This document shows, in pieces, positions 11,812 to 24,099 of a stretch of DNA of 64,000 nt. The notes under the pieces are model-generated. The model was given only the letters and a program-made list of their open reading frames with translations. It did not search any database and was not told the DNA's origin. This DNA comes from Massalongia carnosa (taxonomy: Eukaryota): NCBI GenBank assembly GCA_965645245.1, contig OZ287075.1, forward strand, positions 1-64,000, given 5' to 3'. How positions within the stretch are numbered: the stretch's first letter is position 1; every line of letters begins with the position of its first letter. The translations under genes and the position numbers were made by a program.

Positions 11812-14800
11812 CTAGCCTGATTCTTGATTGTCATCTATTTTTGTTAGATCATCTGGTGCTTTGGGTTTCTGTGGATGTTCTCGATGGTATTGGTGGATTT
11901 TGTCCTTTGAATTCTTGAAGTCTGTCCATGATTGCCAGTAAGGGTTCGCGTTCCATTCATCCCAATTTCCAATGAAGGTTGCTTTGTACTGCACCCCGAA
12001 CTTTCTTGTTTCGCGGCAGTCTATTATTTCGAGGACTTCCCATTCTTCGTGGGCATCCTCTTCGTCGTTTTCGGTTATGGCTATGGGCGGTCCAGTCGGT
12101 AAGACTTGTCCTGGGAATGGGTTGGAAGGTGCGAGATGTAGCTTCCACGGATGAAAGATGGGGGTAAGCCCGACGTTCTTTAACTGATCCGGGATCTCTA
12201 ATTCGTATGCCTTATTGTCGATAATTCTTATTATCTTCCATGGTCCTATGTTCTTGAAGCTTAATGATCTGCTGGGTCTTTCTGAAGCAAAGTGCTTGGC
12301 GTTTACATAAACCATGTCCCCGATTTTGTATTCGGGGTGAGGTTGACGGCCTTTGTTTGCGTGACGTGTTTGTTCTTCCTGAGCCCACGCTAATTGATCT
12401 CGGAGCCAGGTTCGCATGGCTTCTTGACGTTCTATGATTTTGTCAGCATGCAGTATCTCTGCTTTTCCTTTTCCTTCGTATGTGCCTGGTGGTTCGATGC
12501 CACAGCGTGGGTGGAAGCCATGGTCTGCGAAGAATGGAATCATTCCCGTTGATACATTTACATGATTGTTGGCGGCAAACTCTGCGTCTGAAAGATAATC
12601 CACCCAGTTGTCTTGTGTGTAATTGACGTATGCTCGGAGATAATTTTTCATTACCTTGTTGGCGTTTTCGGTTTGACCGTCTGTTTCGGGATGATGTGCA
12701 GATGAGAATTTTATTCTCACCCCGTATCTTTCGCAAACTCTTTTCCATAAGTGAGCTGTTAGTTGACTACTGCGATCGTTGACTGTTGATATAGGAAATC
12801 CGTAAGAGGAGAATAATCTCCTGGACATCGCATCCATCAGTTCATCAGTAGAGAGAGAGGTTAGTGGTTCGTATAATCGTCTTTTCGTTAAACGATCTAC
12901 TATCACTAATATGTGTTGATAGACTCTGTTTCGTCTTCGAAATTCTGGAAGGAATTCGACGAAGTCCAATGACACGTCCATCCATTTTCTATTTGGGATG
13001 GGAAGAGGATTCAGCAGGCCTTGCTTCTTGTCGTTGTATGCTTTTGATCTTCGGCATACGGAGCAGTTAACTGCGTATCTCTTGCAGTGATCCTTCATTT
13101 CAAACCAGAAATAATTTTCTCTCATTATCTGATACATACTTTTGTATCCCGGATGGCCCTGTAATGGTGGTTCGTGATGCTTTTTCAGTAAATGTAGCTG
13201 CAATGGCTCGTAATCTGGTACGTATAGTCTTCCTTTAACATACAGCTTGTCGTTTTCTAGTTTGAGGTCCCCCATTGCTAGCTTTATTCCTCTTTTTATG
13301 AGGTTCAATGGTAGTTTCCTCAGTTCCTTCCTCTTCGCTGCTACTATGTCTTGAACTGTTTCGTCTTTTTCGTAAGCTTCTTCAATTAGTTCCTCCAAAG
13401 TCTTCGTTACTGAGCTCTCGGTCTCGTCGATCACTGATGTAGGTTCTGCGTTGGGTTCCTCCAATCCTGTTGTGTCTTCCTCGATGAATTCGCTTTGATT
13501 ATCTTGATTGTTATCGTCGTCGTCGTCCGCTGTGTTTGCGCAGAACACGACTGCTAACGCTTTTCGTACATCGTCATCTAGTTGATGCTCTTGAAGCAGC
13601 GTTTGAAACTGATGTTGCTCTCTGATATCTTCGAATCCTTTCGGGAGATCTTGAGAGCGTCGAGTAAGCGTATCCGGTTTCTCTCCTTGCTTTCCCGGTC
13701 GATACATAATCTTGAAATTAAATTCGGAAAGAAATTCGGCCCATCTGGTTTGCCTTCTATTTAGCTGCTTCGTGGTCATGAAGTGCTCTAAATTTTTGTG
13801 ATCGGTGTATACTTTGACAGGTTTATCAGGAGCAGCACTCGCAACCTCGGGGCGCCAGACTTCGAAGCTCTTTACAATAGCGAGGAGTTCCTTATCATAA
13901 ATCATATAGTTACACTCGGCAGGGGTCATCTTCTTGGAAAAATAGGCTACCGGTTTCAGTACTCCATCGTGCATTTGAGAGAGTACTCCGGCGCTGACAA
14001 AATCTGAAGAGTCAGTCTCGACCCATGTTTCCAGGGCCGGATCGTAATGTGCTAAGACGGGAGCGGTGGTGAACGCAATTTTTAAATCTTCGAAGGCCTT
14101 TTGACAATCTTCAGACCATACGAACGAATTATACTTGGTTCGTTTCTTTCCTGATTTCGTCGTTATTTGTTCGCCCTTTGTTAATTCTGTGAACGATCTC
14201 GTCCGTTGCGAAAATCTCGATATAAATCGTCGATAAAAATTCGCAAAGCCTAAAAATGCTTGCACGTCTTTTACAGAGCCTGGGGTCTCCCATTTCAGAA
14301 TCGCCTCGATTTTCTCCGAGTCCATCTTTATTCCATCGGTGGTAACTATCAATCCAAGATACTTTACTTCCGTCACAGAGAATTCGCATTTGTCTATGTC
14401 CACTTGCAGTCCTTTCTCCTTCAATCGAGTTAGAACTTTTAACACTTGTTCGGAATGCTCTTCTTCCTTTTCGCTATAAATTAGGACATCGTCCAAGTAC
14501 GCAGTGCAGAAGACGTCTAAGTATTCTCTGACTGTATCGTTAATGAAGCTCTGAAAGGTTCCCGGAGCGTTGCAGAGACCGAATGGCATTACCAGATATT
14601 CGAACTGACCATATCTGGTATTGAAAGCCGTGAGCCATTCGTGGCCTTCCTTCATTCTCATACGATTGAAAGCGGTAATCATATCCAGTTTTGTGAACTT
14701 CTTGGCTTGTGATAGTTTTCCCATCGTTTCATTTATCAACGGTATTGGGTACCTGTTCTTGATCGTGATGGAGTTTAAGGCTCTATAATCTACGCAAAAT

Positions 14801-15843
14801 CTTAAACCACCCCCTGGTTTTCTAACTAAAAGAACGGGGGCTGCTGCGCTTGACGAACTTGGACGAATGAAGCCTTTTCCCAGATGCTCGTCGATGTATT
14901 TCTTAACCGCGTCCAATTCTTGTTCTGACATGGGTTTATAGTTCCTTACGTACGGAGCTTCTTTTCCCGCTTCGACATTTATCTGATGATCCTCCTTCCG
15001 GTGTTCAGGCAGTTCATCCGCCTTGTGCTTCATGAAAACATCTATTAAGCTGTGATAAGCTGCTGGGACTCTCTTCAACAACTCCTCTCGGGTGTATTCC
15101 GGTTTTCCCTTCATGAACTTGTCGTAATCTCCTGATGTCACTGCTCCGGTGGTAGTTGCGCAGAAGACCTTCTTTATTTCTCGAGGAATCCATAGATAGC
15201 TGTCGTGATCCTTCTTCCTGGCTATTCGAAAGAGGTGTTTTGCGTTGACTGGAAGAACTTCGATGTCTTCCTTAGGCTCGATCCTATTCTTAACCTTGCT
15301 TCCCACAGCGAATTCGGTGCAAGTTATCCCTCGTGTAAGACATCCTTTTTCAAGACAATCTGATGAGTTGAACTTCATCGTTCTCTCTTTCCAATTGATG
15401 ATTGGGTTGTGCGTTTGCAGCCATCCATCCCCTAAAATGACTGCATACGCTTCTAGTTTTGCCAAATAACATAAGACTTGCTCTTCGTGATCTCCGATTT
15501 TCACGTCGATCAAGGCGGCCTTCGAGAGGAGCTGTACTACCTCTCCATTTCCCAAAGTAAGTTTGACCTTCTTATCCAATTTGAAGGTGTTCAATTTGTG
15601 TTTACGCACAAAGGATTCGTCAATGAGTTCAGCTTCACTTCCATTATCGATAAGTAAACGGGTTTTAATTCCAGCTATGCTAGTTTTAAAAACTAAATGC
15701 ATGCCCTCGATTTTCTTTTCAGTATCGCGGACAGCACAAGTAGAGACCCTAACCATTTTCGTTTCAGTGTCACCGTTCCCATTAACCACATCCTTGTTTG
15801 TAAGCCCTTGATCGCGATTTCGATCAAGGACTAGGCTTTTCCC
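11812..15843 (-). CDS. pol: Gypsy Pol (PR-RT-RH-IN-chromodomain), uninterrupted, entered by -1 frameshift
   Basis: LLIDNGSE, YLDD, ETDSSDF, HHPETDGQTE, GPW, EEWEVLEIIDCR chromodomain; 1325-aa ORF. Confidence 0.95.
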   Translation of the reverse strand, partial: GKSLVLDRNRDQGLTNKDVVNGNGDTETKMVRVSTCAVRDTEKKIEGMHLVFKTSIAGIKTRLLIDNGSEAELIDESFVRKHKLNTFKLDKKVKLTLGNGEVVQLLSKAALIDVKIGDHEEQVLCYLAKLEAYAVILGDGWLQTHNPIINWKERTMKFNSSDCLEKGCLTRGITCTEFAVGSKVKNRIEPKEDIEVLPVNAKHLFRIARKKDHDSYLWIPREIKKVFCATTTGAVTSGDYDKFMKGKPEYTREELLKRVPAAYHSLIDVFMKHKADELPEHRKEDHQINVEAGKEAPYVRNYKPMSEQELDAVKKYIDEHLGKGFIRPSSSSAAAPVLLVRKPGGGLRFCVDYRALNSITIKNRYPIPLINETMGKLSQAKKFTKLDMITAFNRMRMKEGHEWLTAFNTRYGQFEYLVMPFGLCNAPGTFQSFINDTVREYLDVFCTAYLDDVLIYSEKEEEHSEQVLKVLTRLKEKGLQVDIDKCEFSVTEVKYLGLIVTTDGIKMDSEKIEAILKWETPGSVKDVQAFLGFANFYRRFISRFSQRTRSFTELTKGEQITTKSGKKRTKYNSFVWSEDCQKAFEDLKIAFTTAPVLAHYDPALETWVETDSSDFVSAGVLSQMHDGVLKPVAYFSKKMTPAECNYMIYDKELLAIVKSFEVWRPEVASAAPDKPVKVYTDHKNLEHFMTTKQLNRRQTRWAEFLSEFNFKIMYRPGKQGEKPDTLTRRSQDLPKGFEDIREQHQFQTLLQEHQLDDDVRKALAVVFCANTADDDDDNNQDNQSEFIEEDTTGLEEPNAEPTSVIDETESSVTKTLEELIEEAYEKDETVQDIVAAKRKELRKLPLNLIKRGIKLAMGDLKLENDKLYVKGRLYVPDYEPLQLHLLKKHHEPPLQGHPGYKSMYQIMRENYFWFEMKDHCKRYAVNCSVCRRSKAYNDKKQGLLNPLPIPNRKWMDVSLDFVEFLPEFRRRNRVYQHILVIVDRLTKRRLYEPLTSLSTDELMDAMSRRLFSSYGFPISTVNDRSSQLTAHLWKRVCERYGVRIKFSSAHHPETDGQTENANKVMKNYLRAYVNYTQDNWVDYLSDAEFAANNHVNVSTGMIPFFADHGFHPRCGIEPPGTYEGKGKAEILHADKIIERQEAMRTWLRDQLAWAQEEQTRHANKGRQPHPEYKIGDMVYVNAKHFASERPSRSLSFKNIGPWKIIRIIDNKAYELEIPDQLKNVGLTPIFHPWKLHLAPSNPFPGQVLPTGPPIAITENDEEDAHEEWEVLEIIDCRETRKFGVQYKATFIGNWDEWNANPYWQSWTDFKNSKDKIHQYHREHPQKPKAPDDLTKIDDNQESG

Positions 15844-17480
15844 GCCTCAGAGTCCGCTCCCGAATCTGTTTCTACTGTCCTCATGGTGCTCAAGTTCTTG
15901 TCCCTGTATTGAGGACAAATGGTATCGTTTCCTCGATGTCCTGATCCCCTGCATGCCCAGCATCGGCGTTGACGGGAGAGGGACTCGCGCTCGTCGTCCT
16001 TCAGCTTCTTTGGGTTTGGGTCTGGATCATACCAGGTGCCTACCCAACCGACCGGTTTGACTATCGTTGGCATCAGCTTCGCATTAGGCCGATCATCAGA
16101 TTTCTTGGAGCTGGTTTGATTGATGGAGGATGAGGCGGACTTTCCGCCGGAGGACTGGGTTGAGGATTGTCCGCCGGAGGAATTGCTTCGTTGGCTGGAA
16201 TTCTTCGTTGCGGCTGGTTTATCGGGACGAGGAAAGTGGTGCGCCACATCTTTGCGGCGGTCTTCGATTCTTCGTGCTTCGTCAAGTAAAGGGCGAAAAT
16301 CAGTAAAGACTGAACCCATAAGAGAGTTGGAGATGCTAGGCTTTAACGTCACGAGGAACTTCTCAATTCGCTCGTCAACGGGAGTTTTGGCTTTCTGCCA
16401 TAGCTTGAAGATTCGGTGATAATACTCGCTGACGCTTTCGCCCCCTTTCATGGTGACGGTGAGGAGTTCTTTCTTGGCGTCGCGGCTCTGGAGGTGAATG
16501 CCCATATAGTGCTCTATCTCTTCGAATAAAGCGTCGGCCGATAGTGAGTCTCCCATATCCACTATCCAAGAGTGCATAGCCCCGAAGATCGGCTCTTCCA
16601 TTTGAGAAAGCGCGTAACCGACCTTTTCGTTCTCATCGGCGTAGAGGGGTGTGCGTCTGTCTTCAGTTTATTGCGGACGGAGTACGCCCAAGGGCTATAC
16701 TCCTCCGAGTCCTCACCTTTAAGTGGCTTGCTAGGGTTTATACCACGGGGTCGCCACTTCTGGGGGTTGGCGTTGGTGCTTCGGGTAGTAACGGTATCTT
16801 CTCGTTGATGACGTGGTGTTTCCCGTGTTTCCGCTAACTGGCGGACCAGGGAGTCTATGTCTTTCTGTACTCTCTCTTTTGCTATAGTCATTGCCTCCAA
16901 TTCGATATCTCTATGCGATAGTTCTTCTTGCGCGAGAAGGGCTTCTCGTTCGGCATCGTCTTTTTCCGTGATGAGACGTTCATGTACTTGTTTGTAACGT
17001 CTGTTGATCTTTTTGGCCTCGCCAAGCTTCTCCAGGTCGCCCTGCAAGGAGATGTATTTGTTGAATAGGGTCTTGTCGTATTCGAGCGCTCTCGCGAGGA
17101 AGTCATACCATCGGGGTCCTTCTTTCTCGTCTCGCAAGATGCTCTGCAATTCCTTCAAATTGTGTGCTGCAACGTGGGACGGATGTTCCGTGGCATCCTT
17201 CTCGTAATATGGATGATTGGAGACATCGATCTTCTGAAAAAAACTCCTTTTCTTTTTCACGTCCTGCTCTTGGGATTTTTTCCCACGTCCCCTCCGTTGT
17301 TTCTTTAATCTGTTCGTTCTGAGGTAATTCGGAGTCTTCAAACGTTCCCGGCATGCTGCTATCCGAGCGAGACGAATGACGGGAGACGGAACGAGCGCGG
17401 GTGTTAAATGCTAGGCCGGTCTGGGCCTCTGCGGGAGGGGCTACGGCCTTTCTCGCCGTCATTGGCGTTTTTGAGCTCAT
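15831..17480 (-). pseudogene. gag: Gypsy Gag with two frameshifts
   Basis: Matches the intact 548-aa copy at 47057-48703; +1 nt near 17240 and +2 nt near 16650; CWACRGSGH knuckle. Confidence 0.92.
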
Positions 17481-18107
17481 GACTGGATTCTGAAAATGGG
17501 AAAGCTTAACTCCCTGATTCGAAACGTTCTGGAAGTTCTGGAATTTGGATCGGTTTGGATTCGCACAAACGATCAATCTGGAAAGTTACTGAAACGGGTT
17601 TTCACCCTATCTGGAAGAAAGTTGCTGGATGGGACCTCGTCCCTACTGGAAGTTCTGGAAGAAAGAATACTAATAGGTAGATAAATTGTGTAAGGAAGCT
17701 GTCGTCGATTCTAATCAACCGCTATTAAACTAAAAGTTATCTACAAAAGAAGAAAAGAATTATTGTGCGCGACTCGCTAGAAATATCTGCACCGAGTGTC
17801 GCGCTAGCCTCGTGTGCTCCCGTGATCCCCACTTCCATCTCAGCCTTATGTCAGGCTAGGACCCTGACACATGGGTAGCTGATTGGGAGAATATTAAGGG
17901 ACAAATTGTTGAGCTAAATGTAACGGGCCTATTTGGCTCCGAGACCATATTCATCAATGAATTTCTCCAATCAGGGAAGAAATGGGCGCCCAATTTCTGT
18001 GAAAACTGGGTAATGCAGCATAGGGCTGCTAAGACGACGGTTGAATTTTACGAGACAACCAGGGAATATCGTTTAGCCGTGGAATCATTCCTGAATGAGG
18101 CAAAATC

Positions 18108-21100
18108 TGTCAAATTATAGGATAACTAATCCTAAACATCAGTGGTAACTCAGGATGATATATCCGAAGGGTTATTCCGGCCCGACTAGACACGTGGCCT
18201 CCCCCCTTAGATAGATTCCCGCTTTTCCACATCCTCCACAATACAATCAACATCTACCCAATTCCCTGATCATGCCTTTTGACGCTTATATATTTGACAG
18301 TTATGAGCCCGGATAGTCGTAAAGACACCGCAAATCGTCAAGAGCATTAAATTCTTAAATTCAACGAGACAGCAATCGCGAAAATGGCAGCAGAATCCAA
18401 AACGATGTGGACAATCCTAGAGACATCAGAGGATTGGGAGACGTGGTATGATGAATTGAAAACGATATCAGCTAACGAGTTTTGGAATATGGCAGATCCA
18501 GACCAACCTACTGTTCTTCCTGCGGCAGCTCCCTACAAGCCGGTAGTAGCAGACATAGTACAAGGAGAGACACTATACACAAACCTCTCAGCCGCAAATC
18601 AGCTAATGTTCGATAATGCAAGAATACATTACGAGTCGGATCAGAAAGACTATATAAGACAAGAAACCTCGTTGACGACGATAAGAAAACACATAGTAGA
18701 AACAGTTCCGATCACAAACCGAACGAGCCTGAAAGCGAGTATGTCAGTAAAGAAGTGTCTCATTATCTTACGAAACCTTATGGCACCTCCGACGGGACAT
18801 TCAATGGCGTTGGCGAAGGAGAAATATGATAAGTGTTAGAATGTACAAATCAGGTTACTTCATTTCAGCCGCACTCACCTTCTACCGCACGAGTATGGCG
18901 CACGCTAATTGCTAGACGTATCGCTAGTCTAATACTAGCATACCGTACATTGTCTATAAATCTAGCTATTCCCACTATATAGAACAACAGCAAGCGTTCT
19001 ATCCTCTATCTACTATACTAACTTTTGATAATAAGTTGCTTAGGATGAAGGCGAAACCACTAGACTGGTTGGATAAGTGGGAGAAGGTAGTAGCCAAGGC
19101 CCGACAACACGATTTGTCGGAGTTGAAGCACGGAATATGGCTTGGAAATATGTCGTCGTGGATGAAACCACACGCACCAGAACTATCCTATGCACTTCGA
19201 TCCAGAGGCAACGACGCCGCAAGAAATGACATATCGCAATATCCAGAAGTCCTACGAGAAATCCGAGAATACTTGAGAGATGGAGTGAAGCAGACGGTCC
19301 GGGGAACCGCGTTCCAGACGTTAGTGGACGACGAAGACGAAGATGGCCTACTAGAAGAAGTAGCCAATACAGTTACTAAGAGAAAGAGGGCAAATACAAC
19401 TGGACAATCTCACCGTGGAGGGAAAAGGCACAATAAGATATGCCCTGCGTGTGAAAGACCAGGCCATAATCTCGAGAACTGTTGGTTTATATTCCCAGAA
19501 GGGAAACCAGATGACTACACTCTAGGGAAAAGGAAAGCCGCTGGTCGGTTGTTCAGTAAGTTCTATAAGTTGAATCTACCCCCACCTCCCAAAACCATAC
19601 GTGACCTGGAGGGTCACATGTTCGAGTCTCACTTCATCGATGCCATCAGAGAACATCTCGGTGAGCATGAGAAGATGGAGACGTTTGAACTAGTCGAAAG
19701 CAAGCATACCATAAGACATCAAGTGCTGGACTGTATGTGGGTTTTCACCTACAAGACAGACAGTGATGGCTATCTGGTAAAATGCAAAGCTAGATTAGTA
19801 GTATGTGGGAATTAACAAGAGGTTGGGGAACTAACAACACGAGCGGCCACTTTGGCCAGCTCAGCATTCAGGTCCATGATGGCGTTAGTTGCGAAGTATG
19901 ATCTGGAAACTAGACAACTCGATGCAGTAAATGCATTTGTCAACTCTCCGCTGGACGAGGTGGTATACATACGTATTCCACCAGATTATCCCTTCACAGG
20001 TAGGCATTCGCATTCGCCGTCGAGCGGGCGGGCACTGAGAAGAGGACGAATCTACCAGAAGACCAAACAGCGGCGACCCCTGGTGAAATGATGACTTCTG
20101 TAAAAGGAAGGCCTTCACACCCAAGAGAAAACGCGGCCAGTCTAGGTGAGAAACCATTCTGGAGAACTAGTCGACAAGGATTGATCACCCTTGAATCGGT
20201 ATAGTCCCGGACAGTAAAGCTCAAAGGTGGAAGAGGTTAAATCAGAGATGTGGTCTAAAACAAAAATATGTGTTAAGACTGAGAAAAGCACTCTACGGCC
20301 TGAGACGGTCACCATATCTATGGCAGAAGCTTCTGTCAAAAACATTTCAACCCATGGAATTTAGGGCCATACCTCAAGAATCATGTATAATGATGAGAGG
20401 CGGAATCCTAGCATTCTATTATGTGGATGACACGGTATTTTGTTACCACAAATCGATCGAGGGTCAGGCCTTGAAAGCCATCGAGCATTTATGTTTAATA
20501 TACACCATGAAATCACTGGGGGAAATCGAATGGTTCTTAGGAATCAGAGTCATAAGAGATAGGTCTAAACGACTTCTATGGCTATCCCAAGAGGCCTATA
20601 TTGATAAGATGGCTAATAAATTCGATGTTCAACTAGATAAGAAACTACCAGATACTTCTATGATATCAACTCAATATAGAGTCTCAGAAAACAAAGCTTC
20701 CCATCAGTCCATTCACTTATATCAACAAAGGATAGGAACCGCCCTATTCGCAGCCATAATCACCAGACCAGATATCGCATTCACGGTGTCCAAACTATCC
20801 CAATTCTCTATAAATCCTTCCGATGAACATCACCAGGCAGCGATGCGAGTCCTAGAATACCTATACGCCACCAAAACCCTGGCGTTTCAATATGAAGGAA
20901 AACAAGAAAAAGGGATACAAGGGTTTCTATGTGCTAGCGACGCGTCATTCGCGGACAACAAGGATAGGAAAAGTTCTCAAGAATATATAATGACGCTGTT
21001 CGGAGGACCGGTTGCATGGAAAGCAAGCAAACAGGCGACGGTGACCACATCGAGCACTGAGGCCGAATTGCAGGCCTTGTCGGACACCACCAAAGAAGCA

Positions 21101-21759
21101 ATGTATCTAAGACGACTGTTAAAGGCCATCAAGGTGAGACTGGAGGGACCGGTGATCATCGACTGCGACAACAAACAGACTATCAACTTGATAACTAGTG
21201 AGGATATGAAGCTTCAAACTCGGCTTCGCCATGTGGACATACATAATCACCGGTTGAGACAGGAATATCAGGCCGGTAGGGTGTCGATAAGATGGTTGAC
21301 CACAGCTAAGATGCCGGCGGACGGATTAACGAAGGCCTTATCAAGGCAGAAGCACGAGGGATTCATAAGATTGATAGGATTGGTGAACATATCGGAAAGA
21401 TTGGACTCGATACGAAAGATGGAAAGTTTGAAAAATCGTCTAATGCATTCACAATCGGGCGTTCAGGTGGCGTGTTTCGGAGGACAAAGCATCAAGATGA
21501 GGAATATAAGGGATTATACTGGACTGATTCCAGATCTATAAACGGTGTTTCTAGATCTGAGGGGGTGTGTCAAATTATAGGATAACTAATCCTAAACATC
21601 AGTGGTAACTCAGGATGATATATCCGAAGGGTTATTCTGGCCCGACTAGACACGTGGCCTCCCCCCTTAGATAGATTCCCACTTTTCCACATCCTCCACA
21701 ATACAATCAACATCTACCCAATTCCCTGATTATGCCTTTTGACCCTTATATATTTGACA
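18108..21759 (+). mobile_element. Ty1/copia element C, internally deleted (no PR or IN)
   Basis: 192-bp LTRs at 18108-18299 and 21568-21759 (4 differences); PBS; gag from 18384 with CPACERPGH; RT/RH ~19700-21541 (YVDD, SDASFAD); no TSD. Confidence 0.92.
18834..19030. mobile_element. Solo LTR (197 bp) in copia C gag
   Basis: TGTTAG...TTGATA termini; TSD ATAAG; removal restores KYDK-LLRMK. Confidence 0.85.
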
Positions 21760-23043
21760 GTTTTCGATTGGGGTCCCCATAAATTCGTTCCAATAATTCC
21801 AACATTTCCTCTGCAGTCTCGAAAGGTTTGGCGGCCCCTTTCCTCAGTCTGGCTTCTATGTGTCGCATGGCATCACCATTCACTCGGTTCTCTACATAGG
21901 CTTTTCGCAATATCTCGGTTGGCATATGGTCCTCATTAGCCAACAACTTGCTTCGCATTTTGGCTAGCCAATGATCGATGTTCGGTTCCTTTCCGTCGAA
22001 AAATACCGGTGGGTCAGGAAGCTTCATGGGACGTTTTTCCTTCTGACTGATGGTGGAAAAAGAGGTAGTAGCGACATCCGGTCGTCGCTCTTCTATCAAT
22101 GTCAACCTAAGCTTTTCGACTTCCTTTTGTAAGTAATTCACTACTCCTTCTTGTTGTTCTGTCAGGGAGAGGAGTCGGCTCGTGGTGTTCTTTCCTTTGG
22201 CCGCTTCAGCTTGGGCCTCTTCATAACTTTCCTTGATAGCTAGGATCATCTGTAACACTGCCTGCTCATCCTGGAGCATCCATGTCCTCAGATGTTCTAT
22301 GGTCTGGATCATGGAAGGGTCTTCTGCTTCCAGTTGAGTTTCTTCTTCTAGCAGGGCTGGATAATGAACGGAGTCCTGTTCTGGTTCTAGTTCTAGTTCT
22401 TTTTCATGACGATTCGCCATGGTCTCTAATTCTGGTTCTGGATCTAAATAGGGTTCTGGGTGCCACGCTGTAGGGGTGGGGGCCTTCTGGTTCTGGATCT
22501 ATGGGGTAATTCTGGTTCTGGATGCCACGCTGTAGGGGTGGCGGCCTTCTGGTTCTGGATCTGTGGGGTGGGTTATTTTGTATCCTCCACGATGGATAGT
22601 AGGGTAAAAAGAAATCTTTGATATTATGTGACGGTTCAACCAGGATGTGGAATTGACTATTTACTGGGAAGCTATGCACTAGAAAATATCAAAGATGCAG
22701 AAAGGAAACAAGCAAAAGGTGCTCTCTCTAGGAGTCTATATAGATAATCGCTTTGCCCGATCCAGCTGTTTGTGTCTCCATCAATAAGTGAACAGTTTGG
22801 TCAAACAGTCTTTCTGCCCTTTGCCCCTTTCATCTATTTGGGTTTGCTTTAGAAGGTCGTTCCGATGCGTCCCTTTCAGTCCTTTCAGACCTCCGTTGCT
22901 TGCCCCTATGATTGCTAAAAGGGTTGAGTAACGGAAGCGGTTAGTGCGCCGGCAGATGCCGTACTTTCCTTTGATTAGCCTTGGGTGGATGTGGTTGAAT
23001 CGTGACAGATAGAGTCTTGTATCTCTCCAGCCCTCCCCTGACA
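21760..23043 (-). mobile_element. Truncated gypsy-like element: 5' LTR 22627-23043 and gag N-terminal part 21760-22420
   Basis: TG...CA termini; gag with KLPDPPVFFDGKEP..IDHWL motif; cut by the copia C LTR. Confidence 0.82.
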
Positions 23044-23278
23044 AGAAGGAATATTAGAGAAGAAAAGAATTTAAATTATTATAAGAATCAGAGTTTAATA
23101 AAGGAGAGAAATGAAAGAAGGAAAGAATAAATATATGAATCAAGATTAGAATATGAGGAATAGTTAAAGGATTAGGGGAAAAAAAGATAATAATTAAAAT
23201 TAGAGGAGAAAAGGGGTCAGAAAAGTACAGAATAAGAAATTAAGTGAGAAGATGAGAAAGAAATACGATTAACGTGAA

Positions 23279-23720
23279 GATTGATTTGATTTGATTATAC
23301 TTCCGCCGTTATATCACCGGCAGAAGGCCGGCCCATGAGGGAGATGCTATATAAGCTATATACTAAGTAGAAAACCCAAAGGTAAAAAACTACTCCTGCG
23401 TATCCGCTTCATCGGGGGTTCGCCGCTCCCGGGGATCGATTCCAGTATCTCGAAAATCTGCGATACCTGTTTTTCAAACTGAAGAGAGACTGCCTGTATA
23501 CTTGGTTCTTGATTTGAAGGTCTCCTGCCACCAAAAAAATTAAGCGAATATGTAATTCGCTTAAAAGAGACCTCTCCTGCACGCGAGATTAATCGAAGAA
23601 CTTTTAAATAAGCGAACCTTATATAGAATTAACCGAATTCTGAGATGATATGTAACAAAATTATTAATCATATTCATGATATTCAGAATTTTACGCTGAA
23701 TACAAATCTGAATGAATTTT
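23279..23720 (-). mobile_element. Possible degenerate LINE 3' end with (ATCAA)n tail
   Basis: Short TTGAT tandem at 23279-23296 next to degraded coding-like sequence; no intact ORF. Confidence 0.3.
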
Positions 23721-23986
23721 AATAATTGAACAAGAAGCGACTAAGTAATTGCCGATTTCAATAAAGTTTACCTTTAAATTTTAAAATTCAAATATTAATG
23801 CTTCCCTCGGGACCTGAGGGAAGCATTACGTGACATTGAAGTTCTTTGAGAGCGAAAAACATCGTTCCGACCACTTCTATCATCCTGCTTCTTCGTGAAA
23901 GTGAAGCTGAGCCAGCTGCGCGATGCGATCAATGAAACTCTATACGCCGCCGACTTGACGAAACATGATCGATTTCATCATTGGAT

Positions 23987-24099
23987 TGTAATACGGATGG
24001 CGCTAGAGGGATACGTGATCGCCTATGGCGGTTGCGGGATTAACTAGCGTGGACCATGCCGTAGTACGAAGTCGCATAAGCCGTCGAGGCTGACACACT
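23987..24099. mobile_element. Left-end fragment of the 1030-bp LTR-like element at 48770
   Basis: ~112 bp nearly identical to 48770-48881; cut by the hAT TIR. Confidence 0.85.

Larger units (their letters stand above)
11572..17869 (-). mobile_element. Ty3/gypsy chromovirus, full length
   Basis: 181-bp LTRs at 11572-11752 and 17689-17869 (one substitution); TSD CATGG; PPT AGAAGGGGGGGATAG. Confidence 0.97.
10786..18107 (+). mobile_element. Ty1/copia element B copy 1: 5' LTR 10786-10920, PBS, and gag 11017-11571 + 17870-18107; truncated
   Basis: LTR and gag match the reverse copy at 50129-53387; PBS-like CTTATGAGCCCG; gag frame resumes after the gypsy insertion. Confidence 0.88.

Noticed and set aside
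20030..20100. Possible hammerhead ribozyme in the copia C insert
   Set aside because: Core reads CTGAGAA rather than CTGANGA, and I could not build the three stems
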